Below, piece after piece: positions 19,401-28,433 of a stretch of 58,758 bases of DNA (its first letter is position 1; every line of letters begins with the position of its first letter). Below the pieces are notes generated by a model, which saw only the letters and a program-made list of their open reading frames with translations, did no database searches and was not told the origin of the DNA. Source of the DNA: Flavobacterium sp. (lineage in GTDB: Bacteria > Bacteroidota > Bacteroidia > Flavobacteriales > Flavobacteriaceae); the NCBI GenBank assembly GCA_035306305.1, contig DATGOD010000078.1:1-58758 (forward strand). Direction: 5' to 3'. Position numbers and translations under genes: made by a program.

Positions 19401-20786
19401 ATGACCTTAATAAAATCTATTTCCGGAATCCGAGGAACCATCGGCGGAAACGTAGGCGAAAACCTTACGCCAATTGATGCCGTGAAATTTGCTTCGGCTT
19501 ATGGAACTTTCCTGAAAAACAGTTTACAAAAAGATAATTTAAAAGTCGTAATCGGTCGTGATGCACGCATTTCCGGACCAATGATTCATCAGTTGGTGAT
19601 GCAAACTTTGGTTGGTTTGGGCATCAACGTGATTGATTTGGGACTTTCGACCACGCCAACCGTTGAAGTTGCCGTTCCGTTAGAAAAAGCCGACGGCGGT
19701 ATTATTTTAACAGCTTCGCACAATCCAAAACAGTGGAACGCACTGAAATTATTGAACAATAAAGGCGAATTTTTGAGCGGCGCCGAAGGGGCGTTGATTT
19801 TAGAAATCGCCGAATCCGATAATTTTGATTTTGCCGATGTAGATTCGTTGGGAACAATTACAGAAATCAACGATTATATGGAGAAACATATCGACGAAGT
19901 GTTGAATCTGAAATTAGTCGATGTGGAAGCTGTGAAACAACGTAAACTCAAGGTGGTTGTCGATGGTGTAAATTCTTCGGGAGGTATTGTCATTCCGGCT
20001 TTGTTGGAAAAAATGGGCGTGGAAGTCGTGAAATTGTATTGCGAACCCAACGGACATTTTCCGCACAATCCCGAACCGTTGAAAGAGTATTTAAAAGATA
20101 TTTGTGAATTGGTCGTGAAAGAACAAGCTGATTTTGGTATTGTCGTGGATCCCGATGTGGATCGTTTGGCATTTATCAGCAACGACGGCGAAATGTTTGG
20201 CGAAGAATACACGCTGGTTGCCGTTGCCGATTATGTGTTGAGCAAAACTCCAGGCAACACGGTTTCCAATATGTCATCGTCGCGGGCGTTGAAAGACGTT
20301 ACCGAAAAACACGGCGGAAGCTACGAAGCATCGGCAGTGGGAGAGGTAAACGTTGTGGAATTAATGAAGAAAAACAACGCGATTATCGGCGGCGAAGGAA
20401 ACGGCGGAATCATTTATCCGGAAATTCATTACGGACGCGATGCCTTGGTGGGCGTGGCTTTGTTTTTGACGCATTTGGCAAACCAAGATTTGGACGTGGC
20501 GAATTTGCGTGCAAGCTATCCTGCGTATTTTATGAGTAAACAAAAAATTGAATTAACACCCGAAATCAATGTTGATGCTATTTTGGAAGCGATGCAAAAA
20601 CGCTATGCCAACGAAAAAATCACTACGATTGACGGTGTAAAAATTGATTTAGCCAACAGTTGGGTGCATTTGCGAAAATCAAATACCGAACCGATTATCC
20701 GTATTTATACCGAAGCCCCAACCCAACAACAAGCCGATGATTTGGCGGCGAAAATTATGGGAGAAATAACAGAAATAGTAAAATAG
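19401..20786 (+). CDS. glmM: Phosphoglucosamine mutase (phosphohexomutase family)
   Basis: SISGIRG, TASHNP, DPDVDR, GEGNGG and RKSNTEP; TATATTTG promoter at 19370-19377. Confidence 0.88.
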   Translation: MTLIKSISGIRGTIGGNVGENLTPIDAVKFASAYGTFLKNSLQKDNLKVVIGRDARISGPMIHQLVMQTLVGLGINVIDLGLSTTPTVEVAVPLEKADGGIILTASHNPKQWNALKLLNNKGEFLSGAEGALILEIAESDNFDFADVDSLGTITEINDYMEKHIDEVLNLKLVDVEAVKQRKLKVVVDGVNSSGGIVIPALLEKMGVEVVKLYCEPNGHFPHNPEPLKEYLKDICELVVKEQADFGIVVDPDVDRLAFISNDGEMFGEEYTLVAVADYVLSKTPGNTVSNMSSSRALKDVTEKHGGSYEASAVGEVNVVELMKKNNAIIGGEGNGGIIYPEIHYGRDALVGVALFLTHLANQDLDVANLRASYPAYFMSKQKIELTPEINVDAILEAMQKRYANEKITTIDGVKIDLANSWVHLRKSNTEPIIRIYTEAPTQQQADDLAAKIMGEITEIVK

Positions 20787-20790
20787 TTAA

Positions 20791-21450
20791 TTGAAAAGGA
20801 GTTTTAATATATTGATAATTAGACAAAGCAGAGTACTCTTTAGTATTGTGATTTTTGTAGTATTGTTTTTCCCAATATTACTTCTTCCTTCAGTAATAGA
20901 AAATCTATTTTTTAGATGGGTAGCAATATTATTTGGAATAATGTTATTATTAGCAATTCTTGCTTATTTTGTATATGGAAAATTGATGATAAATTTCTAT
21001 GAAGGGAAGTTCAAATTTGTTTGGGAACCAAAGCTGTTTTTTAAATTTAAAAATATTCCTGATTTAAAAATTCAAGATATTCAAAAAGTTGTACTTGATA
21101 ATGAGGAAATCATTAGGAAGATAATTGCAAAAGATAGAGAAATAATTCTTGGAAATGGTAAACCAAAAACGTTTGTGAAGTCTGATAGTCAGGAATTTAT
21201 AAGGTTTTTATTAGAAGAATGTGTAAATGTAAAAATTGTAGATAGTTGGGATGTTTGGTATGAAAAAGGTTATTTGAAATGGGCTTTGAGAATCAATACA
21301 GTGATTATTTTATTTGCCGTATTTGCTTTTGGATTTTTAGCTATAACTAAAGGGCTAAAATCAATTACTCCAATTACTTTTTTTATGATTATAGGTTTAT
21401 TATCCCAACTTTTTATTTATCAAAAACAGATGAAAAAAAAGAAAAAATAA
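20791..21450 (+). CDS. Hypothetical membrane protein (about 4 TM helices)
   Basis: 219-aa ORF filling the gap between glmM and a terminator; very AT-rich; no recognised motif. Confidence 0.65.
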   Translation: MKRSFNILIIRQSRVLFSIVIFVVLFFPILLLPSVIENLFFRWVAILFGIMLLLAILAYFVYGKLMINFYEGKFKFVWEPKLFFKFKNIPDLKIQDIQKVVLDNEEIIRKIIAKDREIILGNGKPKTFVKSDSQEFIRFLLEECVNVKIVDSWDVWYEKGYLKWALRINTVIILFAVFAFGFLAITKGLKSITPITFFMIIGLLSQLFIYQKQMKKKKK

Positions 21451-21458
21451 AAACACAT

Positions 21459-21508
21459 CAACCACGGATTAATGATTTTAAAAAAGCATTAATCCGTGGT
21501 TGTTTTTT
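21459..21508 (+). terminator. Intrinsic terminator with 16-bp stem
   Basis: CAACCACGGATTAATG...CATTAATCCGTGGTTG followed by a T run. Confidence 0.8.
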
Positions 21509-23366
21509 AGCTTTCTGATTTTTCCAATAATTCAAACCAACGTTCTTCTTTTGTTTCCATTTTTTGAATAATCTCTTGCAATTCGTTGGATTTCTGTTCA
21601 ATATCTTCGGGTAAAACAAGATTGTCTGAAAATTCTTGCTCGATTTTCTTTTTCGACAATTCCAAATCTTTGATTTCTCGCTCAATTTTTTGTAATTCTC
21701 TTTGTTCTTGATAAGTCAAGCCATTTTGTACTTGTTTCTCTTTCCAATTCGATTTTTCTTTGGGCGTGTCGTCTTTTTCTGGTTCAATAGAATCTTCGTA
21801 GGTTCTAAAATCGGAGTAGTTCCCAGGAAAATCTTCTACGATGCCATTTCCTCTGAACACAAACAAATGATCGACAATTTTGTCCATAAAATAACGATCG
21901 TGTGAAACCACAAGCAGACAACCTGGGTAATCCAACAGAAAACTTTCAAGCACGTTGAGTGTTACAATATCCAAATCGTTGGTAGGTTCGTCCAAAATCA
22001 AAAAGTTTGGATTTTGAATCAAAACCGTACACAAATACAGCCGTTTGAGTTCGCCTCCGCTGAGTTTTTCTACAAAATCATATTGCTTTTTTCGGTCAAA
22101 CAAAAAACGTTCGAGCAATTGTGCTGCCGATAGCATTTTGCCTTTTGCCAGCGGAATATATTCGCCAAATTCACGAATCACATCAATTACCTTTTGTTCT
22201 GGTTTTACCTTGATGCCGGCTTGGGTGTAATAACCAATTTTGATGGTTTCACCCACGATAACTTTTCCGCTGTCGGTTTGGATTTTTTGTGTAATAATAT
22301 TTAGAAAAGTTGATTTTCCTGTACCGTTTTTCCCGATAATTCCGATGCGTTCGCCGGGCAAAAAGTTGTAGGAATATTTGTCTAAAATCACTTTTTCATT
22401 GAATGATTTTGAAATGTTGTGCAGTTCAATCACTTTATTTCCAAGGCGTTCCATGTTTATTTCTAGTTCGACCTGATGATCTTTTCGTCGGGCGTGGGCT
22501 TTTTCTTTAATCACATAAAAATCATCAATTCTCGATTTAGATTTGGTAGTTCGGGCTTTGGGTTGTCGTCGCATCCAATCTAATTCTTTGACATACAGAT
22601 TTTTCGCCTTTTCAACTGATGCTTGTTCTGCCAACAAACGCTCTTCTTTTTTCTGTAAGTAATAGGAATAATTTCCTTTGTAACCATAAATTTTTCCTTG
22701 ATCCAATTCGATAATTTCGTTACAAACACGTTCGAGAAAATAACGGTCGTGGGTAACCATAAACAAGGTGATACTTTCTTTGGCAAAATAATCTTCGAGC
22801 CATTCAATCATTTCTAAATCAAGATGGTTGGTAGGTTCGTCGAGAATGAGCAAATCTGGTTTGTTGAGCAAAACGATAGCCAAAGCCAAACGTTTTTTTT
22901 GTCCTCCAGATAGATTTTTTACAAATTGTTTGAGGTCATCGAGTTTGAGTTTAGATAAAATTTGTTTGTATTGCGTTTCAAAATCCCAAGCCTGATGTCT
23001 GTCCATAGCATCAAAAGCTTTTTGATAAGCATCTGTATCATCTGTATTTTCTAAAGCTTTTTCATAGTTTTCAATCACTTTGAGAATATCGTTGTCTGAA
23101 GCAAAAATATTTTCTTCGATAGTTAAATCGTCTTGTAAATCAGGTTCTTGTGATAAAAATTCAATTTTAATATCTTTTCGCATGACTACCTGTCCGCTAT
23201 CTGGCGTATCTTTACCTGCGATAATATTGAGAATGGTCGTTTTTCCGGAACCGTTTTTGGCGATAAAAGCAATTTTTTGGTCTTTATTGATACCAAATGA
23301 AAGATTTTCAAAAAGCGAACGTTCGCCATAAGATTTGGAAATATTTTCGACTGAAAGATAGTTCAT
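21507..23366 (-). CDS. ABC-F family ATPase (Uup-like)
   Basis: Two ABC cassettes (NGSGKT/LSGGQ/LDEPTNHLD and NGTGKST/LSGGE/LDEPTNDLD), no TM segments, C-terminal coiled coil. Confidence 0.92.
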   Translation of the reverse strand: MNYLSVENISKSYGERSLFENLSFGINKDQKIAFIAKNGSGKTTILNIIAGKDTPDSGQVVMRKDIKIEFLSQEPDLQDDLTIEENIFASDNDILKVIENYEKALENTDDTDAYQKAFDAMDRHQAWDFETQYKQILSKLKLDDLKQFVKNLSGGQKKRLALAIVLLNKPDLLILDEPTNHLDLEMIEWLEDYFAKESITLFMVTHDRYFLERVCNEIIELDQGKIYGYKGNYSYYLQKKEERLLAEQASVEKAKNLYVKELDWMRRQPKARTTKSKSRIDDFYVIKEKAHARRKDHQVELEINMERLGNKVIELHNISKSFNEKVILDKYSYNFLPGERIGIIGKNGTGKSTFLNIITQKIQTDSGKVIVGETIKIGYYTQAGIKVKPEQKVIDVIREFGEYIPLAKGKMLSAAQLLERFLFDRKKQYDFVEKLSGGELKRLYLCTVLIQNPNFLILDEPTNDLDIVTLNVLESFLLDYPGCLLVVSHDRYFMDKIVDHLFVFRGNGIVEDFPGNYSDFRTYEDSIEPEKDDTPKEKSNWKEKQVQNGLTYQEQRELQKIEREIKDLELSKKKIEQEFSDNLVLPEDIEQKSNELQEIIQKMETKEERWFELLEKSES

Positions 23367-23452
23367 AACGATTGAATTTCCTGCAAATATACAGACTTTC
23401 CATCATTTAGTGAGATGTTCCTGAGCTTTAATTCATCGTTATGAATTCATTA

Positions 23453-23496
23453 CTTAACAATAAGGTAACATTAAGGTAAAGTTTTGGTAATAATAA
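23453..23496 (+). promoter_or_regulatory. Four 11-bp direct repeats, pho-box-like
   Basis: CTTAACAATAA GGTAACATTAA GGTAAAGTTTT GGTAATAATAA upstream of TACATTTG (23524-23531) and the phosphate transport genes. Confidence 0.55.
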
Positions 23497-23547
23497 AAAA
23501 AAACATAGCATATTTATCCTGATTACATTTGTCGAAAAAGCAGATAG

Positions 23548-24186
23548 ATGAATTTAAATAATATTTTTCAATTTTTAGTACCTAAGGATAAGACATTTTA
23601 TCCATTATTCGAAGAAACCGCTGTTAAGCTAAAATTGTTGTCAGAAACCTTGCACGAAGCTGTACATACGCCACAGCGCGATACTTTGCTGAAAGAAGTC
23701 GAAAAGCTTAAATCAGAAATCGAAACTATTGCACAAAAAATCAGAGTCGAGCTCGGTAAAAGTTTTATTACACCGTTTGATCGAGAAGATATTCACGCTA
23801 TTATCAGTGCAGTAGATGCAGTAGCTGACAATTTGAGTGATGCTGCCAGCCGAATGCGTTTGTATCAGATTGATAAAATAACCAAACCTTTGCGAAAATT
23901 GACAGAAGCCAATCTGGAAGCGTGTACCGAAGTGCACAATGCATTACTTTGCTTGAAAGATAATCGAAATTTGTCACAGATTGCCGAAAGCTGTAAAGTG
24001 ATTTATCGTTTAGAGAGAAAAGCAGATAAGGTCTTTGACAAGGCAGTAGCCGATATATTTGAAAATGAAACTAATACGATTGATGTTGTTCGTTACAAAG
24101 AAGTGATGTCTGCATTGGAAGCCGCTACAGACAGTTGTAGAGATGTAGCGTATGTATTGGAAGTAGTAACGGTTAAATACGCATAA
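23548..24186 (+). CDS. DUF47 (PhoU-like) phosphate transport regulator
   Basis: SFITPFDREDI and LERKAD motifs; directly upstream of the PiT gene. Confidence 0.9.
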   Translation: MNLNNIFQFLVPKDKTFYPLFEETAVKLKLLSETLHEAVHTPQRDTLLKEVEKLKSEIETIAQKIRVELGKSFITPFDREDIHAIISAVDAVADNLSDAASRMRLYQIDKITKPLRKLTEANLEACTEVHNALLCLKDNRNLSQIAESCKVIYRLERKADKVFDKAVADIFENETNTIDVVRYKEVMSALEAATDSCRDVAYVLEVVTVKYA

Positions 24187-24191
24187 TTTTT

Positions 24192-25286
24192 ATGGATTTT
24201 TTCTTGGAAATACTGAGCAATTCTCAGGGTATCTTATTGATTGTAATTATCGTTTTAGCCTTGGGATTTGATTTTATCAACGGCTTTCACGATGCGGCAA
24301 ATTCTATTGCGACTATTGTAACTACGCGAGTTTTAACACCGTTTCAGGCAGTATTGTGGGCCGCTATGTTTAATTTTGCAGCTTATTTTATCTCGCTTTA
24401 TATTATCGGAGAATTTAAAATCGGAAATACCATTGCTAAATCCGTTAATGAGAATTTTATCACGCTTGAAGTAATTTTAGCTGGATTAATTGCGGCAATT
24501 ATCTGGAATTTAATGACGTGGAAATTAGGTATTCCGTCGTCGTCGTCACATACGTTAATTGGAGGTTTTATCGGAGCAGCAATCGCTCATGCCGGCGGAT
24601 TTTCGATTAGTGGAGAAGATGTAATTGTTTATGCAAAAGTAATTCCTATTTTCTTATTTATTTTTGCTGCACCTTTACTTGGTATGGTGTTGGCTTATTT
24701 TATTACGGTTGCCATACTTTGGATATGCCGAAAAGCAAATCCACATAAAGCAGAAAAATGGTTTAAGCGACTACAATTGGTTTCATCTGCTTTGTTTAGC
24801 TTAGGTCACGGAGGAAACGACGCGCAAAAAGTAATGGGAATTATCGGTGCAGCGGTGATTTTTTATCACATCAACGTAGATAAAGACCCGGCATATTTGG
24901 TTGATGGAGTTGATACATTCAAGGTGTTTGTTGAGCATTGGTGGTGGGTTCCGTTAGCTTCATTTATATTCATCGGTTTAGGAACAATGTCTGGAGGTTG
25001 GAAAATCGTAAAAACAATGGGCTCTAAAATCACGAAAGTAACACCATTAGAAGGTGTGGCAGCTGAAACTGCTGGTGCAATTTCGTTATATGTAACAGAA
25101 CATTTAGGCGTACCCGTTTCAACAACACACACGATTACCGGTTCAATCATTGGGGTAGGAGTAACCAAGCGAATATCAGCTGTAAGATGGGGCGTAACGA
25201 TTAGTTTACTTTGGGCATGGATATTAACCATTCCGGTTTCTGCCCTAATTGCCATGGCGGTTTATTATATTATTACACTTTTTTAA
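24192..25286 (+). CDS. pit: Inorganic phosphate transporter (PiT family)
   Basis: GFHDAANSIAT, PSSSSH, HGGNDAQK and PVSTTH motifs. Confidence 0.94.
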   Translation: MDFFLEILSNSQGILLIVIIVLALGFDFINGFHDAANSIATIVTTRVLTPFQAVLWAAMFNFAAYFISLYIIGEFKIGNTIAKSVNENFITLEVILAGLIAAIIWNLMTWKLGIPSSSSHTLIGGFIGAAIAHAGGFSISGEDVIVYAKVIPIFLFIFAAPLLGMVLAYFITVAILWICRKANPHKAEKWFKRLQLVSSALFSLGHGGNDAQKVMGIIGAAVIFYHINVDKDPAYLVDGVDTFKVFVEHWWWVPLASFIFIGLGTMSGGWKIVKTMGSKITKVTPLEGVAAETAGAISLYVTEHLGVPVSTTHTITGSIIGVGVTKRISAVRWGVTISLLWAWILTIPVSALIAMAVYYIITLF

Positions 25287-25305
25287 ACAGTCGTAGAATT
25301 AACAT

Positions 25306-25340
25306 AAAAAAAAGAGAAGTCAAATCGGCTTCTCTTTTTT
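25306..25340. terminator. Bidirectional intrinsic terminator
   Basis: AAAAAAAAGAGAAGTC-AAATC-GGCTTCTCTTTTTT. Confidence 0.8.
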
Positions 25341-25353
25341 ATAATAGCATAGA

Positions 25354-26538
25354 TTAGTTATCTCTTTTTTCTCCTACAATAATCAATTTTTTAGAGCCGT
25401 TTTCCGCACTAGTGAAGAACAAGTATTGATTGCCACCATCTTTTATTTTGAATTTCTTTTTGATTTCTTCAGGTTTCATAGGGAAATTTCGACAACTGAT
25501 ATTGGCTTTTTGATTGCTCCATTTTTGCATAGCTTTTTTAGAAAAATCTTCGCTATGAACTATTTTGAAACGTCTCCCCCAAAATTCTTTTGGTTCTACA
25601 CTGGTGTATAAATGCGAATGCTTATCGATTTTATCCAATCCGAAGTAATTGCCGATGAAATTAAAACTACCACTTTTTAATAATCCGGCAACGGGCTCAT
25701 ACAAAAAGTTCTTTGGCAAACTCAACCTATTGTATTCATCGTCATGAATAGGAATTTGCAAAGACGTTTTTGTGCCTTTTGAATCGTAATCCGTAACAAA
25801 TAATTGTGGCGGATTTTGTTGATTTTTATTCAGAAACCAAAGCAATTCTCTCACTTCGTTGTTCAGTGAAACGATTTCTATTTTTTCAACATATTGCAAT
25901 TCTTTGATACCCTGAGAAATATCCAACAAAGGAGCTGTTTTGATAAGAATATTATCAGAATATTTGAAATATTTATCCAACAAATTGGTAACATCTGGTG
26001 TACAATCAGCAAGGCGAAAAACCTTTTTTTGTTGATTATTTCTTCGAGCCGGATCAATGTATATCCAATCAAATTGTTGGTCGATTTCTTGCAATATTTT
26101 TAAACCATCGCCTTGATGAACGTTTATGTTTTTTGCATTTAAACACAAACTGTTATGTCGAACGATTTCTGATAATTCAGGATTGATTTCGACGTGAATT
26201 ACTTGTTCAAATTTCTTAGAAAAATAAAAAGTATCTATGCCAAAACCTCCGGTGAGGTCAATGATTTTCTTCCCGTGTATAGATTCGCTTTTATGTTGTG
26301 CCAAAACCTCAGAAGAGCTTTGTTCAATGGAAATTTTTGGCGGAAATAATATCATTGGAGTATTCCCCCAAGTAGGTAATTTGTCTAAGCACTTTTGCTT
26401 GGCTTGGATTTGTTGCAAAATCAGTTTCCAGTCTGTATCAGGAAAAGGGTTTTGTTGCAACGCCAGTTGAGATATATCTTTTTTAAGATGTTGATTTATA
26501 AAATCTTGTACATCTTTGTTTAATAAATTATTGCCCAT
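25354..26538 (-). CDS. Class I SAM-dependent methyltransferase with THUMP-like C-terminus
   Basis: SIEQSSSE, IDLTGGFGID and IYIDPARR motifs. Confidence 0.85.
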   Translation of the reverse strand: MGNNLLNKDVQDFINQHLKKDISQLALQQNPFPDTDWKLILQQIQAKQKCLDKLPTWGNTPMILFPPKISIEQSSSEVLAQHKSESIHGKKIIDLTGGFGIDTFYFSKKFEQVIHVEINPELSEIVRHNSLCLNAKNINVHQGDGLKILQEIDQQFDWIYIDPARRNNQQKKVFRLADCTPDVTNLLDKYFKYSDNILIKTAPLLDISQGIKELQYVEKIEIVSLNNEVRELLWFLNKNQQNPPQLFVTDYDSKGTKTSLQIPIHDDEYNRLSLPKNFLYEPVAGLLKSGSFNFIGNYFGLDKIDKHSHLYTSVEPKEFWGRRFKIVHSEDFSKKAMQKWSNQKANISCRNFPMKPEEIKKKFKIKDGGNQYLFFTSAENGSKKLIIVGEKRDN

Positions 26539-27247
26539 GATTTTCGTTTTTTAGGGCGATAGTGTGCACGGCTACCAAAGCGGCAGTTTCGGTTCGCAAT
26601 CGATTGTGTCCTAAAGAAACTGGCTGAAAATCTTTGGATTTTGCTAACGAAATTTCTTTATCAGAAAAATCGCCTTCAGGACCAATTAAAACGATGTTTT
26701 TTGTTTGTCTATCAATTAAATTGTATAGATGTTTTTTGTCTGTATCTTCTTCGCAGTGAGCAATATATAGGTTTGTTTCGACGAAATCTTGTTGCATAAA
26801 TTTTTGATAAGCAATCGGCTCATTGATTTTGGGTAAATAATATTGCAATGATTGCTTCATGGCTGCGATGGCAATTTTTTGTATGCGTTCGATTTTCAAT
26901 ACTTTACGTTCAGAGTTATCGCAGATGATAGGCGTGATTTCTTGCACGCCAATTTCTATGGCTTTTTCGACAAACCATTCCAAACGGTCGTTCATTTTGG
27001 TTGGAGCTATGGCGATGTGCGTATGAAATAATGCGCGTTCAAAAAAAGTTTTTTTGATTATTTTTACTTCGCAATTTCGAGTATCATCTAAAATTATTTC
27101 GGCTTCAAAAAGATAACCTAATCCATTGGTTATGTATAGAATATCTCCAGTTTTTTTACGTAAAACTTTAATTATATGCGTAATTTCGTTTTTATCAAAT
27201 CGAAAGGTGCTTTGGTCAATCAATTCGGCATTGTAGAATAATTGCAT
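26528..27247 (-). CDS. rsmE: 16S rRNA m3U1498 methyltransferase
   Basis: HIIKVLRK, EKAIEIGV, IGPEGDFS and LGHNRLRTETA motifs. Confidence 0.94.
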   Translation of the reverse strand: MQLFYNAELIDQSTFRFDKNEITHIIKVLRKKTGDILYITNGLGYLFEAEIILDDTRNCEVKIIKKTFFERALFHTHIAIAPTKMNDRLEWFVEKAIEIGVQEITPIICDNSERKVLKIERIQKIAIAAMKQSLQYYLPKINEPIAYQKFMQQDFVETNLYIAHCEEDTDKKHLYNLIDRQTKNIVLIGPEGDFSDKEISLAKSKDFQPVSLGHNRLRTETAALVAVHTIALKNENHGQ

Positions 27248-27249
27248 AA

Positions 27250-28266
27250 TCAAACAGTTAATCGAGATTTAGATAAAGGTTGGTGTATGTCGAATGATTG
27301 GTTGATGTATTTAAAATAGCCAACAATGCCAATCATAGCGGCGTTGTCGGTGGTGTATGTTGTTTTCGGGATAAATACTTTCCATTTTTTTTGCTCTTTT
27401 TTTTGAAGCAAAGCTTGTCTTATCCCCGAATTTGCTGATACGCCTCCGCCAATTGCAATTTGAATAATACCAGTTTCTTTAATGGCTTTTTCTACTTTAT
27501 CCATCAAAATATCAATGATGATTTTTTGTACCGAAGCGGCGATGTTGTGTATGTTTTCCTTGATGAAATCAGGATTTTTTTTAGACTCCTTTTGCACAAA
27601 ATACATAATTTGGGTTTTCAAACCGCTGAAACTAAAATTTAGTCCATCGACTTTTGGTTTGGTAAAAGGATAAATAGCTTCTCCGTCGCGAGCATATTTG
27701 TCAATCAAAGGTCCACCAGGATAAGGAAGACCGAGCAATTTGGCAGTTTTGTCAAAAGCTTCTCCTACTGCATCATCGGTAGTTTCGCCCAAAACAGTCA
27801 TGTTATCATAATTATCCACGCGAACAATTTGTGTGTGTCCGCCGCTAATTGTCAAAGCTAAAAACGGAAACTCTGGTTTTTCACTTCCGGCATCATCAAT
27901 AAAGTGAGCCAAAATATGTGCTTGCATATGATTAACCGGAATCAGAGGAACTTGTAACGCCATCGCCATCGATTTGGCAAAAGCTCCGCCAACGAGCAAA
28001 CTGCCCATTAATCCTGGTCCTTGAGTGTAGGCAATCGCGTCGATATCTTTGAGAGAAATATTAGCTTTTTGCAAAGCAATATCAACTACCGGAACGATGT
28101 TTTGTTGATGTGCTCTTGACGCCAATTCAGGAACAACACCGCCATACAAACTATGGATTTCTTGTCCGGCAATAATATTCGACAGCACTTTGTCGTTGCA
28201 CAAAACAGCCGCACCTGTGTCGTCACAAGAGCTTTCTATGGCTAATAGATGATATTTTTTTGACAT
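27250..28266 (-). CDS. tsaD: tRNA N6-threonylcarbamoyladenosine transferase
   Basis: IESSCDDT, GGVVPELASRAH, NHMQAH, ISGGHT, DDAVGEAFDK and DNAAMI motifs. Confidence 0.96.
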   Translation of the reverse strand: MSKKYHLLAIESSCDDTGAAVLCNDKVLSNIIAGQEIHSLYGGVVPELASRAHQQNIVPVVDIALQKANISLKDIDAIAYTQGPGLMGSLLVGGAFAKSMAMALQVPLIPVNHMQAHILAHFIDDAGSEKPEFPFLALTISGGHTQIVRVDNYDNMTVLGETTDDAVGEAFDKTAKLLGLPYPGGPLIDKYARDGEAIYPFTKPKVDGLNFSFSGLKTQIMYFVQKESKKNPDFIKENIHNIAASVQKIIIDILMDKVEKAIKETGIIQIAIGGGVSANSGIRQALLQKKEQKKWKVFIPKTTYTTDNAAMIGIVGYFKYINQSFDIHQPLSKSRLTV

Positions 28267-28433
28267 AAATTAAGAAGTCGGTATTTGGTAAATAAGTCTT
28301 AAAACCTATCGAAAAATCAATGAAAAAAATGTATTTTTGTTTCTTGTATATGAAACAGAAAAACTAACGCAAATTTAAACAAATTCGCCTTATCAAAAAA
28401 TTATATAAAACACTAATTTATATCTTTCTACTA

